Of a stretch of DNA of 64,000 bases, positions 1 through 10,075 are shown one piece after another. The stretch is from assembly GCA_965195285.1 (NCBI GenBank), contig CBDAFS010000055.1:61728-125727 (forward strand). Reading direction: 5' to 3'. The position numbers and the translations under genes were made by a program. The notes under the pieces were generated by a model. It saw nothing but the letters and a program-made list of their open reading frames with translations, did no database searches and was not told where the DNA came from. This stretch comes from an uncultured Aminicenantes bacterium (lineage in GTDB: Bacteria > Acidobacteriota > Aminicenantia > UBA2199). How positions within the stretch are numbered: position 1 is the stretch's first letter; each line of letters starts with the position of its first letter.

Positions 1-647
1 CGTTCAAAAATCAAAACCGACGCGGTCATGGGGTGATAGGCCAGAATGACTACGGCTCCAAATTCTGATATTCCCCGGCCCCACATCATGATGGAACCGG
101 AAAAAATGGATTTCTTCACCAGGGGAAGGCTGATGGTTTGAAAGGCTTTCCAGCGACTGGCACCCAGGGTTAGGGCTGTTTTTTCATACCGTTCATCGAT
201 CAATTTAAAACCTGTTTTCACCGCATTGACCAGAAAGGGAACCGAAACAAAGAACATGCCCATGGAAATGGCTGCTTCGGTCCCGATGATCCGGAGTCCG
301 CTTATTTCGGATAAAAAGGAGTTTCTTCCCCATACAGCCAGCAGGGCTATGCCCGCAGCTGTATGCGGAATAATCACCGGGAGATCGATCAGGCCTTCGA
401 TCAATTTTTTACCTTTAAACCGGCCCCTGGCCAGAATATAGGCCAGCGGGATGCCAACCAACAAAGCTGTCAGGGTGGCCCAGAGCGAGGCCCGGAGAGT
501 CAAACCGATCGATTGATAGACCTCGGGCTGAAGTGTGGTATTTATCAGGTCAGAGACATCGGTTGAAAGTAAAATTTTCAGGATCGGTAAGCCGATTAAT
601 AAGACCAGCAGGAATCCCAGGAACGAGAAAACAATTTTAAATTTCAT
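1..647 (-). CDS. wtpB: Tungstate/molybdate ABC transporter permease, 3' end outside window
   Basis: Not in ORF track. Hand translation from ATG at 647 (ATGA overlap with the wtpA stop) gives MKFKIVFSFLGFLLV...LIDLPVIIPHTAAGIALL...YEKTALTLGASRWKAFQTISLPL...WGRGISEFGAV, with the EAA-like loop of ModB/WtpB permeases. Confidence 0.85.
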   Translation of the reverse strand, partial: MKFKIVFSFLGFLLVLLIGLPILKILLSTDVSDLINTTLQPEVYQSIGLTLRASLWATLTALLVGIPLAYILARGRFKGKKLIEGLIDLPVIIPHTAAGIALLAVWGRNSFLSEISGLRIIGTEAAISMGMFFVSVPFLVNAVKTGFKLIDERYEKTALTLGASRWKAFQTISLPLVKKSIFSGSIMMWGRGISEFGAVVILAYHPMTASVLIFE

Positions 648-1594
648 TTGATTTCAAAAAAAGGTTTCAATATCCCGGGCAATCGGTCCGGGTAATCAAC
701 GGCCGGTGGCACCATTTCAGGCTGGCCGTTTTGCTTCATGATTTTCCGGCCTTCCACCCCCAGCACAAAGGCCACAAAGCGCCCCCCCCAGAGTGGATTC
801 CGGGCATTTCGGGGCACGGTAATGCCATAGACCATGGGAAATCCCTTTTTGATCATCCATTCACCCGGTTTTTTTCCGGTGATTTTTACCGAAACCTGCT
901 GGTAGAAGCGGGAAAATGCGGAAGATTTCAAATTGATTTCATCCGGCAGAACTACATACTTCATCCTGTGTTGCCGGGCAACACTTCTGTATATAAACAC
1001 ATAATCGAGTTCGGAAACCTCTAACAGGGCAATCAGGTCCGTTTCCTTGGGACGGATATTTTTCCGGGGCATTTTGGAGCGTAGTTGGGAAAACAAGCCC
1101 GGGAGACGGTAAAATTTTTCAGCCAGTTTCCAGGTTAACACCGCCCGGTACCCGCAGGGATCTGAATTTGGATCGGAATGTCCAAATTGCACCCCGGGCC
1201 TGAGCAAAATGTCAACCCAGTTATTGGAGTTGATCTCTCCGGCAAACCGGCTGGATTCGCTGTACATCAATACCATCTCGTTGGTAGAAAAATCAATGCA
1301 ATAACTGGCATATTCCGGTATGAGCATGTTTCTAATAACTGCAGAATCCGCCGCAGCCATGACATCGGCCAACCGTTTCAGATCACTGATCTGGCGGGCA
1401 GCGGTGCGGCTGCCATGGGCTTCCAGTCTCACCTGGATCTGGGGAAATTTATTCATGAACCGGGCAGCCATCTGCTTGAACGGAACCGAAAGTGAACCCG
1501 CATGCAGAACCAGCAGTTCACTTTTTCGAGATTGACCGCAGGACCAGGCTAAAATGATAGCCAGAAATAGTAGAATATAACCATACCGCTTCAT
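644..1594 (-). CDS. wtpA: Tungstate ABC transporter substrate-binding lipoprotein
   Basis: HAGSL, GSR, DPNSDPCGYR and PKETDL motifs of WtpA; lipobox AWSC. Start moved to MKRYGY (1594, GGAG upstream) because the longer ORF runs through the riboswitch. Confidence 0.85.
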   Translation of the reverse strand: MKRYGYILLFLAIILAWSCGQSRKSELLVLHAGSLSVPFKQMAARFMNKFPQIQVRLEAHGSRTAARQISDLKRLADVMAAADSAVIRNMLIPEYASYCIDFSTNEMVLMYSESSRFAGEINSNNWVDILLRPGVQFGHSDPNSDPCGYRAVLTWKLAEKFYRLPGLFSQLRSKMPRKNIRPKETDLIALLEVSELDYVFIYRSVARQHRMKYVVLPDEINLKSSAFSRFYQQVSVKITGKKPGEWMIKKGFPMVYGITVPRNARNPLWGGRFVAFVLGVEGRKIMKQNGQPEMVPPAVDYPDRLPGILKPFFEIK

Positions 1595-1636
1595 TGCATT
1601 TCTCCAGAAACTGAAAGGGAATTTTTTCACTGAAAA

Positions 1637-1733
1637 TTCTCCTTTCCAAGCACGGGAGGCAAATCCGTTTCCAAATTTACCCTGTCGGTTCAAAGGACAT
1701 AGATAAAAACGGTAGCCCCTTGAACTCGGAGAA
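1637..1733 (-). ncRNA. Moco/Wco (molybdenum/tungsten cofactor) riboswitch-like leader
   Basis: Minus strand reads TTCTCCGAG-TTCAAGGGG...CCTTTGAAC-CGACAGGGTAAATTTGGAAACGGATTTGCCTCCCGTGCTTGGAAAGGAGAA. P1 is TTCTCC/GGAGAA, and it carries the CAGGG...GAAA...GCCTCCCGT..TGGAAAGG signature of the Moco RNA motif. It lies directly upstream of wtpAB. Confidence 0.85.
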
Positions 1734-1850
1734 TCCGTACCTCTTTTGATATAATCGGCAACAGAATATCAATTTATCAGGAAAGGTCCGATTTGTCAAA
1801 TATCAGCCGAAAATATCACCGAAAATATCACATCGAAAAGGCAATCCCAT

Positions 1851-1879
1851 TTGACTATTGAGGTAAAAAATAATACAAT
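1851..1879 (+). promoter_or_regulatory. sigma70-type promoter of hslVU
   Basis: TTGACT-N17-TACAAT; ATG follows 6 nt later with no SD sequence. Confidence 0.6.
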
Positions 1880-1885
1880 AACCGA

Positions 1886-2422
1886 ATGAATAACCAACTC
1901 AAACATACCACTGTGCTCTGTGTTAAACACAAGGGAAAGATTGTCATCGGTGCTGACGGACAGGTTTCCTTTCAGAATACGGTTTTAAAACACAAAGCCA
2001 AAAAAGTACGCCGGCTCTACAATAACGAGGTACTGGCCGGTTTTGCCGGCTCCACCTCAGATGCCTTTTCCCTGTTTCAACGATTCGAAGGCAAGCTAGA
2101 AGAATACAACGGAAATTTATCCCGGGCCGCCATCGAACTCTCCAAAGAATGGAGGACGGATAAGATACTTAGAAGACTGGAAGCCATGCTCATTGTAGCC
2201 AACAACGATAATCTGTACATCCTTTCCGGTTCCGGAGACGTGATTGAACCGGATGAAGATGTGCTTGCCATTGGAAGCGGAGGCCCCTATGCCCAGGCAG
2301 CGGCACTGGCTCTGAAACGGTTCTCGAACCTGGGTGCCCGGGAACTGGTCGAAAAATCACTGGAAATTGCCTCAAACATTTGCATCTATACCAACGAGAA
2401 ATTTACTATTGAGGAACTTTAA
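1886..2422 (+). CDS. hslV: ATP-dependent protease subunit HslV
   Basis: HTTVL N-terminal Thr, [17 protein letters not shown] and AIGSGG motifs. Confidence 0.97.
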   Translation: MNNQLKHTTVLCVKHKGKIVIGADGQVSFQNTVLKHKAKKVRRLYNNEVLAGFAGSTSDAFSLFQRFEGKLEEYNGNLSRAAIELSKEWRTDKILRRLEAMLIVANNDNLYILSGSGDVIEPDEDVLAIGSGGPYAQAAALALKRFSNLGARELVEKSLEIASNICIYTNEKFTIEEL

Positions 2423-3807
2423 TGGAAACCATAAATAAAAAAGAGCTAAAAAAGGATGATGACTTGACCCCGAAGGAAATTGTCCGGGAACTTGATAAAT
2501 ATATTGTCAGTCAGAATGATGCCAAAAAAGCAGTGGCCATTGCCCTGCGCAACCGGTTTCGGAGACAGAAACTTCCCAAAGAAATTGCCGATGATATTAT
2601 TCCCAAGAATATTTTGATGATCGGTCCCACCGGGGTGGGAAAGACTGAAATCGCCCGGAGGCTGGCCAAGTTAACCCAGTCCCCATTTATCAAGATAGAA
2701 GCATCCAAATTCACCGAAGTGGGCTATGTTGGAAGGGATGTGGAATCCATTATCAGAGACCTGATCCGGATAGCCGTGGACCTGGTCAAAGTTGAAGAAA
2801 TGGAAATCAATCTGGAAAAGGCCCATCAGAATGCTGAGGAAAAAATACTCTCTCTGCTCCTGCCCGAGCAAAAGAAGGTCAGGGGGCCGGCAGCTGAACT
2901 GGATCTTGAAAACAAAAGTTTCAATGAAACCAAAGAAAAATTGAGGAAATTACTGAGGAACGGGAATCTCGATAATAAAACCATCGAAGTGGAGACCAAT
3001 GCTTCCAGAACCACTCCATTCGAAATTTTTTCCGCTTCGGGCGTGGAAGAAATCGGTATTACCATCAGCGAGATGATGCCCAATATGTTCGGTGGCGGAA
3101 AATCAAAAAAAAGAAAAATGACCGTCGGTGAGGCCCGCGAATACCTGCTAAAGGATGAACAGAACCGGCTGCTGGACATGGATGAAATTTCAAAGATTGC
3201 CATTCAGAAGGCAGAACAAATGGGAATCGTGTTTCTGGATGAAATCGATAAGATTGCCGGGCGGGAAAGCGGTAGCCAGGGCCCCATGGTTTCCCGGGAA
3301 GGGGTACAGAGAGACCTGCTGCCCATCATCGAAGGCACAACCGTAAATACCAAGTACGGGATGGTCAAGACAGATCATATTTTGTTTATTGGTACCGGTG
3401 CTTTTCATGTCACCAAACCCTCTGACCTGATTCCTGAATTGCAGGGCCGGTTTCCCATCCGGGTTGAATTGCTTTCACTGAGTCAACAGGATTTCATCAA
3501 AATTCTTACCGAACCCAAGAATGCCCTGGTTAAGCAGTACCAGGCCCTGATGAGCACCGAAGGATTGGATATCCAGATCAGCGAGAACGCCATTACCGAA
3601 ATCGCCAAAATCGCAGAAGAGGTCAATTCAACCTCTGAAAATATCGGGGCTCGCCGATTGCACACCATTATGGAAAAAATCATGGAGGAAATCTCTTTCG
3701 AAGCCTCGGATATCGACCAGAGCCAGGTTAAAATCGATCGGGAATATGTGCTTAAAAAAGTAGAGGGGATTGCCAAAGACAGTGATCTGAGCAAATATAT
3801 ACTGTGA
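2422..3807 (+). CDS. hslU: ATP-dependent protease ATPase subunit HslU
   Basis: [32 protein letters not shown] and NIGARRL motifs; coupled to hslV. Confidence 0.97.
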   Translation: METINKKELKKDDDLTPKEIVRELDKYIVSQNDAKKAVAIALRNRFRRQKLPKEIADDIIPKNILMIGPTGVGKTEIARRLAKLTQSPFIKIEASKFTEVGYVGRDVESIIRDLIRIAVDLVKVEEMEINLEKAHQNAEEKILSLLLPEQKKVRGPAAELDLENKSFNETKEKLRKLLRNGNLDNKTIEVETNASRTTPFEIFSASGVEEIGITISEMMPNMFGGGKSKKRKMTVGEAREYLLKDEQNRLLDMDEISKIAIQKAEQMGIVFLDEIDKIAGRESGSQGPMVSREGVQRDLLPIIEGTTVNTKYGMVKTDHILFIGTGAFHVTKPSDLIPELQGRFPIRVELLSLSQQDFIKILTEPKNALVKQYQALMSTEGLDIQISENAITEIAKIAEEVNSTSENIGARRLHTIMEKIMEEISFEASDIDQSQVKIDREYVLKKVEGIAKDSDLSKYIL

Positions 3808-4904
3808 TGAAAAGAAAAAAACTGGAGTCAGTAACAAATCATATTTCCTCTTATACATCAAAACAATCCACAAATTTTTCATTTAAATTTTTTGTTTACC
3901 TTTTTTTAATATTCAGTTTCATTAGTTGCGGGAAAAAGGGACCCTTGAAGCTGGAACCCAGAAAGCTGCCGGTTAAAATCAGGGATTTACAGATCAAGCA
4001 AATCGGTAACAATATCAAGCTCATGTGGAATTACCCTACTCTGCTGTCAGACAAAAAAACCCGGATGGAAAAAAAAGAAGTCAGTAAAATTCGGATATAT
4101 TATACCAGCAAGCAGTTATCCCCAAAAAAATTCAAAAAAAAATCAACCCTACTCATGAAGCTGGATCATAAAAAAATAAAGACGGAAAACAAAATGTTTA
4201 CCGTATCCATCCCATTCAAAACCAAAAACCTGGACCGAAAACTGCATGGCTTTGCCATTAAATATTCATATGAAAGGAAAAAATCCCCCCTCAGCATCAT
4301 CGCCACGATTCAGACCATCATGCCCGCCAAGCCCATTATCGATTTAACCATCAAAAAAGAAAACAAAGTTGTTAAACTGAAGTGGACCCGTCCTGTCCTT
4401 AACCTGTCCAATAAGCCCATTCAATATATTACTGGGTACCGGGTTTATAAAAAAATCCAAAAAGGCCCATTTCTACTGGCCAATAAGGAAAGTGTGCTCC
4501 AGGAATTTTATGAAGATATGGATACAGGAAAGGACGGGGAATATTTTTACCGGGTATCTGCTGTCATGTCCAAGGAAATTGAGAGCGATATTTCCAATAC
4601 CGTCTCGGTCAAGGTAAAGGACATATTCCCGCCGGATCCTCCTGCCAATTTAATCAGCTTTAAAACCGAAGACCACATCTTTCTGACCTGGAGCCCGGTC
4701 GAGGATAAGGACCTTGCCTTTTACAAGGTCTTCCGAAGATCTGATCCGGAGGCAGAATTTAAATTGATAGCCGACCAGCTGAATCAGAACTTTTATAAAG
4801 ACACCGGGCTAAAGCAGGGTAAGACATATATTTATGCGGTTTCCGCTGTGGACCACAAGGGAAATGAAAGCCAGGTCTCAAATGTCGTGCAAGAGGATTT
4901 GTAA
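3804..4904 (+). CDS. Lipoprotein with fibronectin type III-like domains
   Basis: [10 protein letters not shown] lipobox; FN3-like segments (LKWTRP..GYRVYK; LTWSP..FYKVFR; [13 protein letters not shown]). Confidence 0.7.
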   Translation: MMKRKKLESVTNHISSYTSKQSTNFSFKFFVYLFLIFSFISCGKKGPLKLEPRKLPVKIRDLQIKQIGNNIKLMWNYPTLLSDKKTRMEKKEVSKIRIYYTSKQLSPKKFKKKSTLLMKLDHKKIKTENKMFTVSIPFKTKNLDRKLHGFAIKYSYERKKSPLSIIATIQTIMPAKPIIDLTIKKENKVVKLKWTRPVLNLSNKPIQYITGYRVYKKIQKGPFLLANKESVLQEFYEDMDTGKDGEYFYRVSAVMSKEIESDISNTVSVKVKDIFPPDPPANLISFKTEDHIFLTWSPVEDKDLAFYKVFRRSDPEAEFKLIADQLNQNFYKDTGLKQGKTYIYAVSAVDHKGNESQVSNVVQEDL

Positions 4905-4983
4905 TCAGCCGCTCAAACGGCAAACATTTTAATTTTCCCCACTCCAGATGATAAGGAAATATCCCCCTGGTTCCAATAAAAAC

Positions 4984-6129
4984 ATGAAATCACGGGTAGT
5001 GCTGGTCGAGTGCCCCGAATACAGGCAGGAAACCGTATCCCGGGCCGTTCAAAAGGGAATTGATCTCTTGGGGGGGGTGGGACAATTTGCCCGCAAAAAT
5101 GAGACCCTGCTCCTGAAACCTAACCTCCTGGCCGGGGAACCTCCGGAAAAATCAGTCACCACCCACCCGGCCGTATTCAGAGCAGTGGGAGAGGTTTTCA
5201 AAAATCAGGGTATCCGTCTGGTCTATGGAGACTCTCCGGGTATTGGAAATCCAGAAAAGGTCGCCCGGAAATCAGGCCTGAAAACAATGGCTGATGAGTT
5301 GAATATTCCCCTGACCGACTTCAAAACTGGCCGTAAAATAACCTATACTCAGGCACTGGTGGCCAGGCATCTAACCCTGGCCAGGGCAGCCCTGGATGCC
5401 CACGGTATCATCAGTATCAGTAAGATGAAAACCCATGCATTGACCGGAATCACCGGGGCTGTCAAAAATAGCTTCGGATGTGTACCCGGCTTCCTGAAAG
5501 AGGAATTCCATCTGAAGATGAAGGATATCAACCTGTTCTGCTCCCTGCTGGTGGACATTACCGCCTATCTCAGACCCCGATTGCATATCATGGACGGGAT
5601 TGTAGCCATGGAAGGAAACGGACCCCGCAGCGGTGATCCCAAGAACATGAATGTTCTGCTATTCTCCACCGACCCGGTGGCCCTGGATTCGATATTCTGT
5701 CAAATGATCGATTTCAATCCCCTCTATGTCCCCTATTTGAAAATTGGCCAGGAATCAGGGCTGGGGACCTGCAACCCGGCTGAGATCGAGGTCAGCGGTG
5801 ATAACTTGAAAAAGTTTATCCGGACCGATTTTAAAATCAAGAGGCGCCCGATCCAGAAACTGACTCTGGCCCAGAACCTCCCCCATTTTATCAAGAACAT
5901 CATCATATCCAAACCAATTATCGATTACCGGCTCTGCACCAATTGCGGCTCCTGTGTACTCCAGTGTCCGATACCGGAAAAAGCAGTCAACTGGAAAACA
6001 GGAAAAAAAAAGGAAAAACCGCGCTACGATTACAGCCGGTGTATACGCTGTTACTGCTGCCAGGAAATCTGCCCGGAAAAAGCCATATCGGTAAAAACTC
6101 CGTTTTTAGGCAAAATGATTTTCAGATAG
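4984..6129 (+). CDS. DUF362 family protein with C-terminal 2x[4Fe-4S] ferredoxin domain
   Basis: LLKPNLL, TTHP, KMKTH..TGAVKN, MEGNGP; CTNCGSCVLQCP and CIRCYCCQEICP. Confidence 0.85.
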   Translation: MKSRVVLVECPEYRQETVSRAVQKGIDLLGGVGQFARKNETLLLKPNLLAGEPPEKSVTTHPAVFRAVGEVFKNQGIRLVYGDSPGIGNPEKVARKSGLKTMADELNIPLTDFKTGRKITYTQALVARHLTLARAALDAHGIISISKMKTHALTGITGAVKNSFGCVPGFLKEEFHLKMKDINLFCSLLVDITAYLRPRLHIMDGIVAMEGNGPRSGDPKNMNVLLFSTDPVALDSIFCQMIDFNPLYVPYLKIGQESGLGTCNPAEIEVSGDNLKKFIRTDFKIKRRPIQKLTLAQNLPHFIKNIIISKPIIDYRLCTNCGSCVLQCPIPEKAVNWKTGKKKEKPRYDYSRCIRCYCCQEICPEKAISVKTPFLGKMIFR

Positions 6130-6243
6130 ATATATATTTTCAACCACAACCTTAGAAGCCTGGAGACAGAAGTCAGAAGATAAAAATCTGATGGTGAAAT
6201 CTAACAAACTCAGCATAATTTCCCATAACCCTAATCTCCTTTT

Positions 6244-8217
6244 TTAAAATAGTTCAATCAATACGTTTTTCAGGTATTTGATCCGATCTCTCAATAACGC
6301 AGCTACTTTAAAATCAAGTTCCGCGGCCTTTTGTTTCATCAGCAAAGTTAGGTTGTCGATCTCCTCAACCAGCGATTCCCTGTTTTTGAACTGAACATCG
6401 ATCTTTTCCTCGCTTTTCTGGATCCAGTAGTCATCATCGTAAAAATCCTTGATACCCTTGGAGATCGACCGGGGTTTAATACCCTGTTTCCGGTTATATT
6501 CCATCTGGTATTGCCTTCTTCTCCTGGATTCACTTATGGCCTTTTCCAGTGAATCATTCAGGTCCCGGACATACAGGATAACCCGACCCTTCACATTACG
6601 GGACGCCCGGCCGAACGTCTGAATCAGGGATGTTTCCGAACGTAAAAAACCCTCCCGGTCCGCATCCAGAATAATGACCAGGGATACTTCAGGCAGGTCC
6701 AGGCCTTCTCTCAACAGATTAATCCCCACCAGTATATCAATTTCTCCGGTTCTCAGTTTTTTTATCACCTTTATCCGGTCCAGGGGTTTGATATCAGAAT
6801 GGAGATAGGTACACTTGAAACCATTCGTCATCAGGAAATCGGTCAATTTTTCAGACATCTTTTTGGTCAGGGTCGTGATCAGTATCCGGTCATGTTGCCT
6901 TAATTCGGATTCTATTTCTCCGATCATATCTTCTACCGGAGACTCTGTTTTTTTTATGGTTATTTCCGGGTCCAGCAAACCCGTTGGCCTGACCATCAGT
7001 TCCGTCACCTGATTACCGGACTCCATGATTTCATATTCAGAAGGGGTTGCCGACACATAAAGGACCTTGTCCAGCTTGGCATTGATTTCATCAAAATTCA
7101 GTGGACGGTTATCCATGGCAGTGGGCAAACGGAAGCCGAATCCCACCAGTTTTTTCTTCCGGGACCGATCACCTTCATACATTCCCCTCAGCTGAGGTAC
7201 GGTAATATGGGACTCATCAATGATCAGTAAAAAATCTTCACCAAAAAAATCCAGCAGGGTATAGGGAGGTTCACCTTTTTTTCTACCGGTCAGATAAAGA
7301 GAATAGTTTTCAATGCCAGGGCAATGGCCGTATTGTTCCAGCAACTCCATATCGAACAGGGTTCTTTCCGTCAGGCGTTCGGCAAACTCGGGGTGGCCTG
7401 ATTTTCTGAAAAAATCAATCCGTTCTTCCAGTTCAAGTTTAATTTCGCGGATGGAATCGTTGATTCGATTCCGGTGGTAGTGAAAGTAAGAGACCGGGTA
7501 AATGGTAACCCGATCCAGTGATTCCGAGGCAATTGCCGTAATGGCATCAAATACTTCAATGCCTTTCAATTCATCTCTTTCCAGGACCAGGCGTACCGGA
7601 TTTTCCTCACTGGTGGAAAAAATTTCAATAAAATCGCCACGGACCCGAAACTGGCCGCTTTCAATGAAATCCTCGGTTCGATTATATCCCAGGCTGATGA
7701 ACTGGCGCATCAGATGATCCCGGTCCAGCTTTTCTGCCATCGAAAAAGTGATTTTTTGAGAAAAGAAATCATCCGGTGATCCGATGCCGTATATGGCCGA
7801 TACCGAGGCGATGATCACAGTATTTTTGGATTCCAGGATATTTCTGGCCGCATCGATGCGAAGCCGCTCCAGTTCCGGATTGATGGATACCTCTTTGGCA
7901 ATGTACAGATTTTTCTGGGGTATATAGGCCTCTGGAAAATAATAATCATAGTAACTGACAAAATACCCCACCCGGTTTACGGGGAAAAAACCCCTGAACT
8001 CCTGATACAGCTGGGCAGCCAGGGTTTTATTGGGCGCCAGGATCAGGGCCGGGCGGTCAAGCTTCCTGATGATGTGGGCCATGGCAAAGGTTTTTCCCGA
8101 TCCGGTCACCCCCAGCAGTACCTGTCTTTTTTTCTGCTCTTGGAACCGCTGGCTCACCAGATCGACAGCCTGCTTCTGGGCCAGGGTGATTTCATAACGG
8201 GATTCTAATTCATACAT
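6244..8217 (-). CDS. uvrB: Excinuclease ABC subunit B
   Basis: GVTGSGKT, FVSYYDYYFPEAY, DESH, GINLLREGLDLPEV and C-terminal UVR motif. Confidence 0.97.
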   Translation of the reverse strand: MYELESRYEITLAQKQAVDLVSQRFQEQKKRQVLLGVTGSGKTFAMAHIIRKLDRPALILAPNKTLAAQLYQEFRGFFPVNRVGYFVSYYDYYFPEAYIPQKNLYIAKEVSINPELERLRIDAARNILESKNTVIIASVSAIYGIGSPDDFFSQKITFSMAEKLDRDHLMRQFISLGYNRTEDFIESGQFRVRGDFIEIFSTSEENPVRLVLERDELKGIEVFDAITAIASESLDRVTIYPVSYFHYHRNRINDSIREIKLELEERIDFFRKSGHPEFAERLTERTLFDMELLEQYGHCPGIENYSLYLTGRKKGEPPYTLLDFFGEDFLLIIDESHITVPQLRGMYEGDRSRKKKLVGFGFRLPTAMDNRPLNFDEINAKLDKVLYVSATPSEYEIMESGNQVTELMVRPTGLLDPEITIKKTESPVEDMIGEIESELRQHDRILITTLTKKMSEKLTDFLMTNGFKCTYLHSDIKPLDRIKVIKKLRTGEIDILVGINLLREGLDLPEVSLVIILDADREGFLRSETSLIQTFGRASRNVKGRVILYVRDLNDSLEKAISESRRRRQYQMEYNRKQGIKPRSISKGIKDFYDDDYWIQKSEEKIDVQFKNRESLVEEIDNLTLLMKQKAAELDFKVAALLRDRIKYLKNVLIELF

Positions 8218-8229
8218 TCAGGTATTATT

Positions 8230-9198
8230 TCAATACCGTTTCCACTCCGGGATCAAATGGTCAGGCACTTGCCCGGTCAGGGCTCTATCCACACTTCTGA
8301 CCGTCATCATGGCCATCTCCAGACGGGCTTTGGTGGTGGCACTTCCGATATGCGGGACCAGTACTGCATTGTTCAGCTTTTTCAGTTTTTCGGTGACCCG
8401 GGGTTCATGTTCATAGACATCCAGGCCGGCACCTAACAGGGTTTGGTTTTCCAGTTTTTCAGCCAGGTATTTCTCGTCCATGAGCGACCCCCTGGAGGCA
8501 TTGATGAATATGGCATCCCTTTTCATCAGGTCAAACACATCCCGGTTAAACAAGTGATGCACATCGGGACTGTAGGGTATGTGGAGCGACACCACATCGG
8601 ATATTTTTATCAGGTCCACAAACCGCCTGTATTCAAAACCATGCCGGGCTTCAAGTTCTTTTTTCGGGTTTCGGTCATAATAGACCACCTTCATGCCGAA
8701 ACTTTTAGCTCTGATAGCGGTTGCCAGTCCGATCCTGCCCAGGCCCACGATTCCCAGGATGGCCCCGTTCAATTCCTTACCCAGCATCAGATTGGCCCCC
8801 CAGCCGTTGAACTCCCCTTTTCTCAGGAAGGCATCAGCTTCAACAATCCTCCTGGACACCGCCAGAATTAAGGCCATGGTCAGATCAGCGGTGGCATTGG
8901 TGAGAATATCCGGTGTGTGGGTGACATAAATACCTTGGCCCATGGCATATTGAAAATCAATGTTGTTATAGCCGACAGCATAATTGGCAATAATCTTCAG
9001 GTTCGGGCCGCCTGCAATAATTTCCCCATTGATATCATCAGACAGAAAACTGATCAGGGCTTGGGTATCTGTATTCGCTTTCAGGATCTCCAAAAGGTTC
9101 CGCGAATCCTGATCAGCGATAATCAACTGATAGTCCTCTTTTAATTTTTCTATGGCTTCATCCTGGTAAATCTGGGTCAATATGACTTTTTTTTTCAT
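8230..9198 (-). CDS. D-2-hydroxyacid dehydrogenase (glyoxylate reductase/D-glycerate dehydrogenase type)
   Basis: AVGYNNID, GLGRIG, INASRG, GLDVYEHEP, PHIGSAT. Confidence 0.9.
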   Translation of the reverse strand: MKKKVILTQIYQDEAIEKLKEDYQLIIADQDSRNLLEILKANTDTQALISFLSDDINGEIIAGGPNLKIIANYAVGYNNIDFQYAMGQGIYVTHTPDILTNATADLTMALILAVSRRIVEADAFLRKGEFNGWGANLMLGKELNGAILGIVGLGRIGLATAIRAKSFGMKVVYYDRNPKKELEARHGFEYRRFVDLIKISDVVSLHIPYSPDVHHLFNRDVFDLMKRDAIFINASRGSLMDEKYLAEKLENQTLLGAGLDVYEHEPRVTEKLKKLNNAVLVPHIGSATTKARLEMAMMTVRSVDRALTGQVPDHLIPEWKRY

Positions 9199-9229
9199 GA
9201 GCTTAGCATTCCTCCATTTTTTCAGGCCA

Positions 9230-9898
9230 TTACCGATCCTCTATTGGTTTTTCCCCCTGAATAAGGCTTTCAATGAATCCAAAGGTCCCGGCAAATACCT
9301 TTTTTAACCGCTCTACATCCGAAAAAGGCCGGATCCCATTCCCGGTAACCCGGTCCGATAACACCACCAGGGCCACAAATGGCTTTTCCAGAAATAATCT
9401 TAGTGGAAATAACTCCATTTCCACCGCATCGATTCCCCGACTTTCCTGACTTTTCAACCAGCTCCGGGTTTCACGCTGCAGGATATCCACACTGACCGCG
9501 CTGACCCTTTCAAACTGATCATTTTCCAAATCTTTAAGCCCAAAGTCCCGGCGAGTGGAAAAATGGGTAAAAACCGAGCTGGCATGGATCCGGGTGACAT
9601 TGAGGGCGCAGGGATGATCCCATCTTGGGTTAATGCTGCCAGCAGTTCCCAGGAAAAAGATCTCCTTTTGTTTCACCCCGGCAATGAATTCCAGCAGAGT
9701 GAGCAGGAAAGGATACCCCAGGAAACCAGTCACCAGGGCATAGGCCTGAAACACCAGCACGTCACTTCCCAGCAGGTGAACGATCTTTCTGGCCCGGATT
9801 TGTAACTTCTTAAAAACGGCCCGGTCGTAAAAGTGGGGAATCAATACCAGGGTATCGGGGACATTGATTTTTTTTGGGGAAAACAGTATGTCTGTCAT
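9230..9898 (-). CDS. Nucleoside phosphorylase-like protein
   Basis: GTAGS, AVEME and VLSD motifs of the PNP/UDP fold; divergent. Confidence 0.55.
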   Translation of the reverse strand: MTDILFSPKKINVPDTLVLIPHFYDRAVFKKLQIRARKIVHLLGSDVLVFQAYALVTGFLGYPFLLTLLEFIAGVKQKEIFFLGTAGSINPRWDHPCALNVTRIHASSVFTHFSTRRDFGLKDLENDQFERVSAVSVDILQRETRSWLKSQESRGIDAVEMELFPLRLFLEKPFVALVVLSDRVTGNGIRPFSDVERLKKVFAGTFGFIESLIQGEKPIEDR

Positions 9899-9973
9899 TG
9901 AAAAGAGTGCAAATTATACAACACTTTTCCAATCTTGCAAAATGGCTGCTGCCAATAAGGCTAACAAAGGGCT

Positions 9974-10037
9974 ATTGGAAACATTTGATTTCTTTATTCT
10001 TTAGACCTGACCCCGGTTATTCTTTAGACCTGACCCC
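9974..10037 (+). repeat. Partial MITE-like family A (right end) with tandem duplication of the terminus
   Basis: TTCTTTAGACCTGACCCCGGTTA occurs twice; the upstream sequence matches the right ends at 48996 and 50536. Confidence 0.7.
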
Positions 10038-10075
10038 GGTTATTCTCGGTTATGCGGTTACCGGGTACGGCCGAT

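Noticed and set aside
1595-1693. N-terminal extension of the wtpA ORF
   Set aside because: It runs through the riboswitch; the signal peptide and SD fit ATG 1594.
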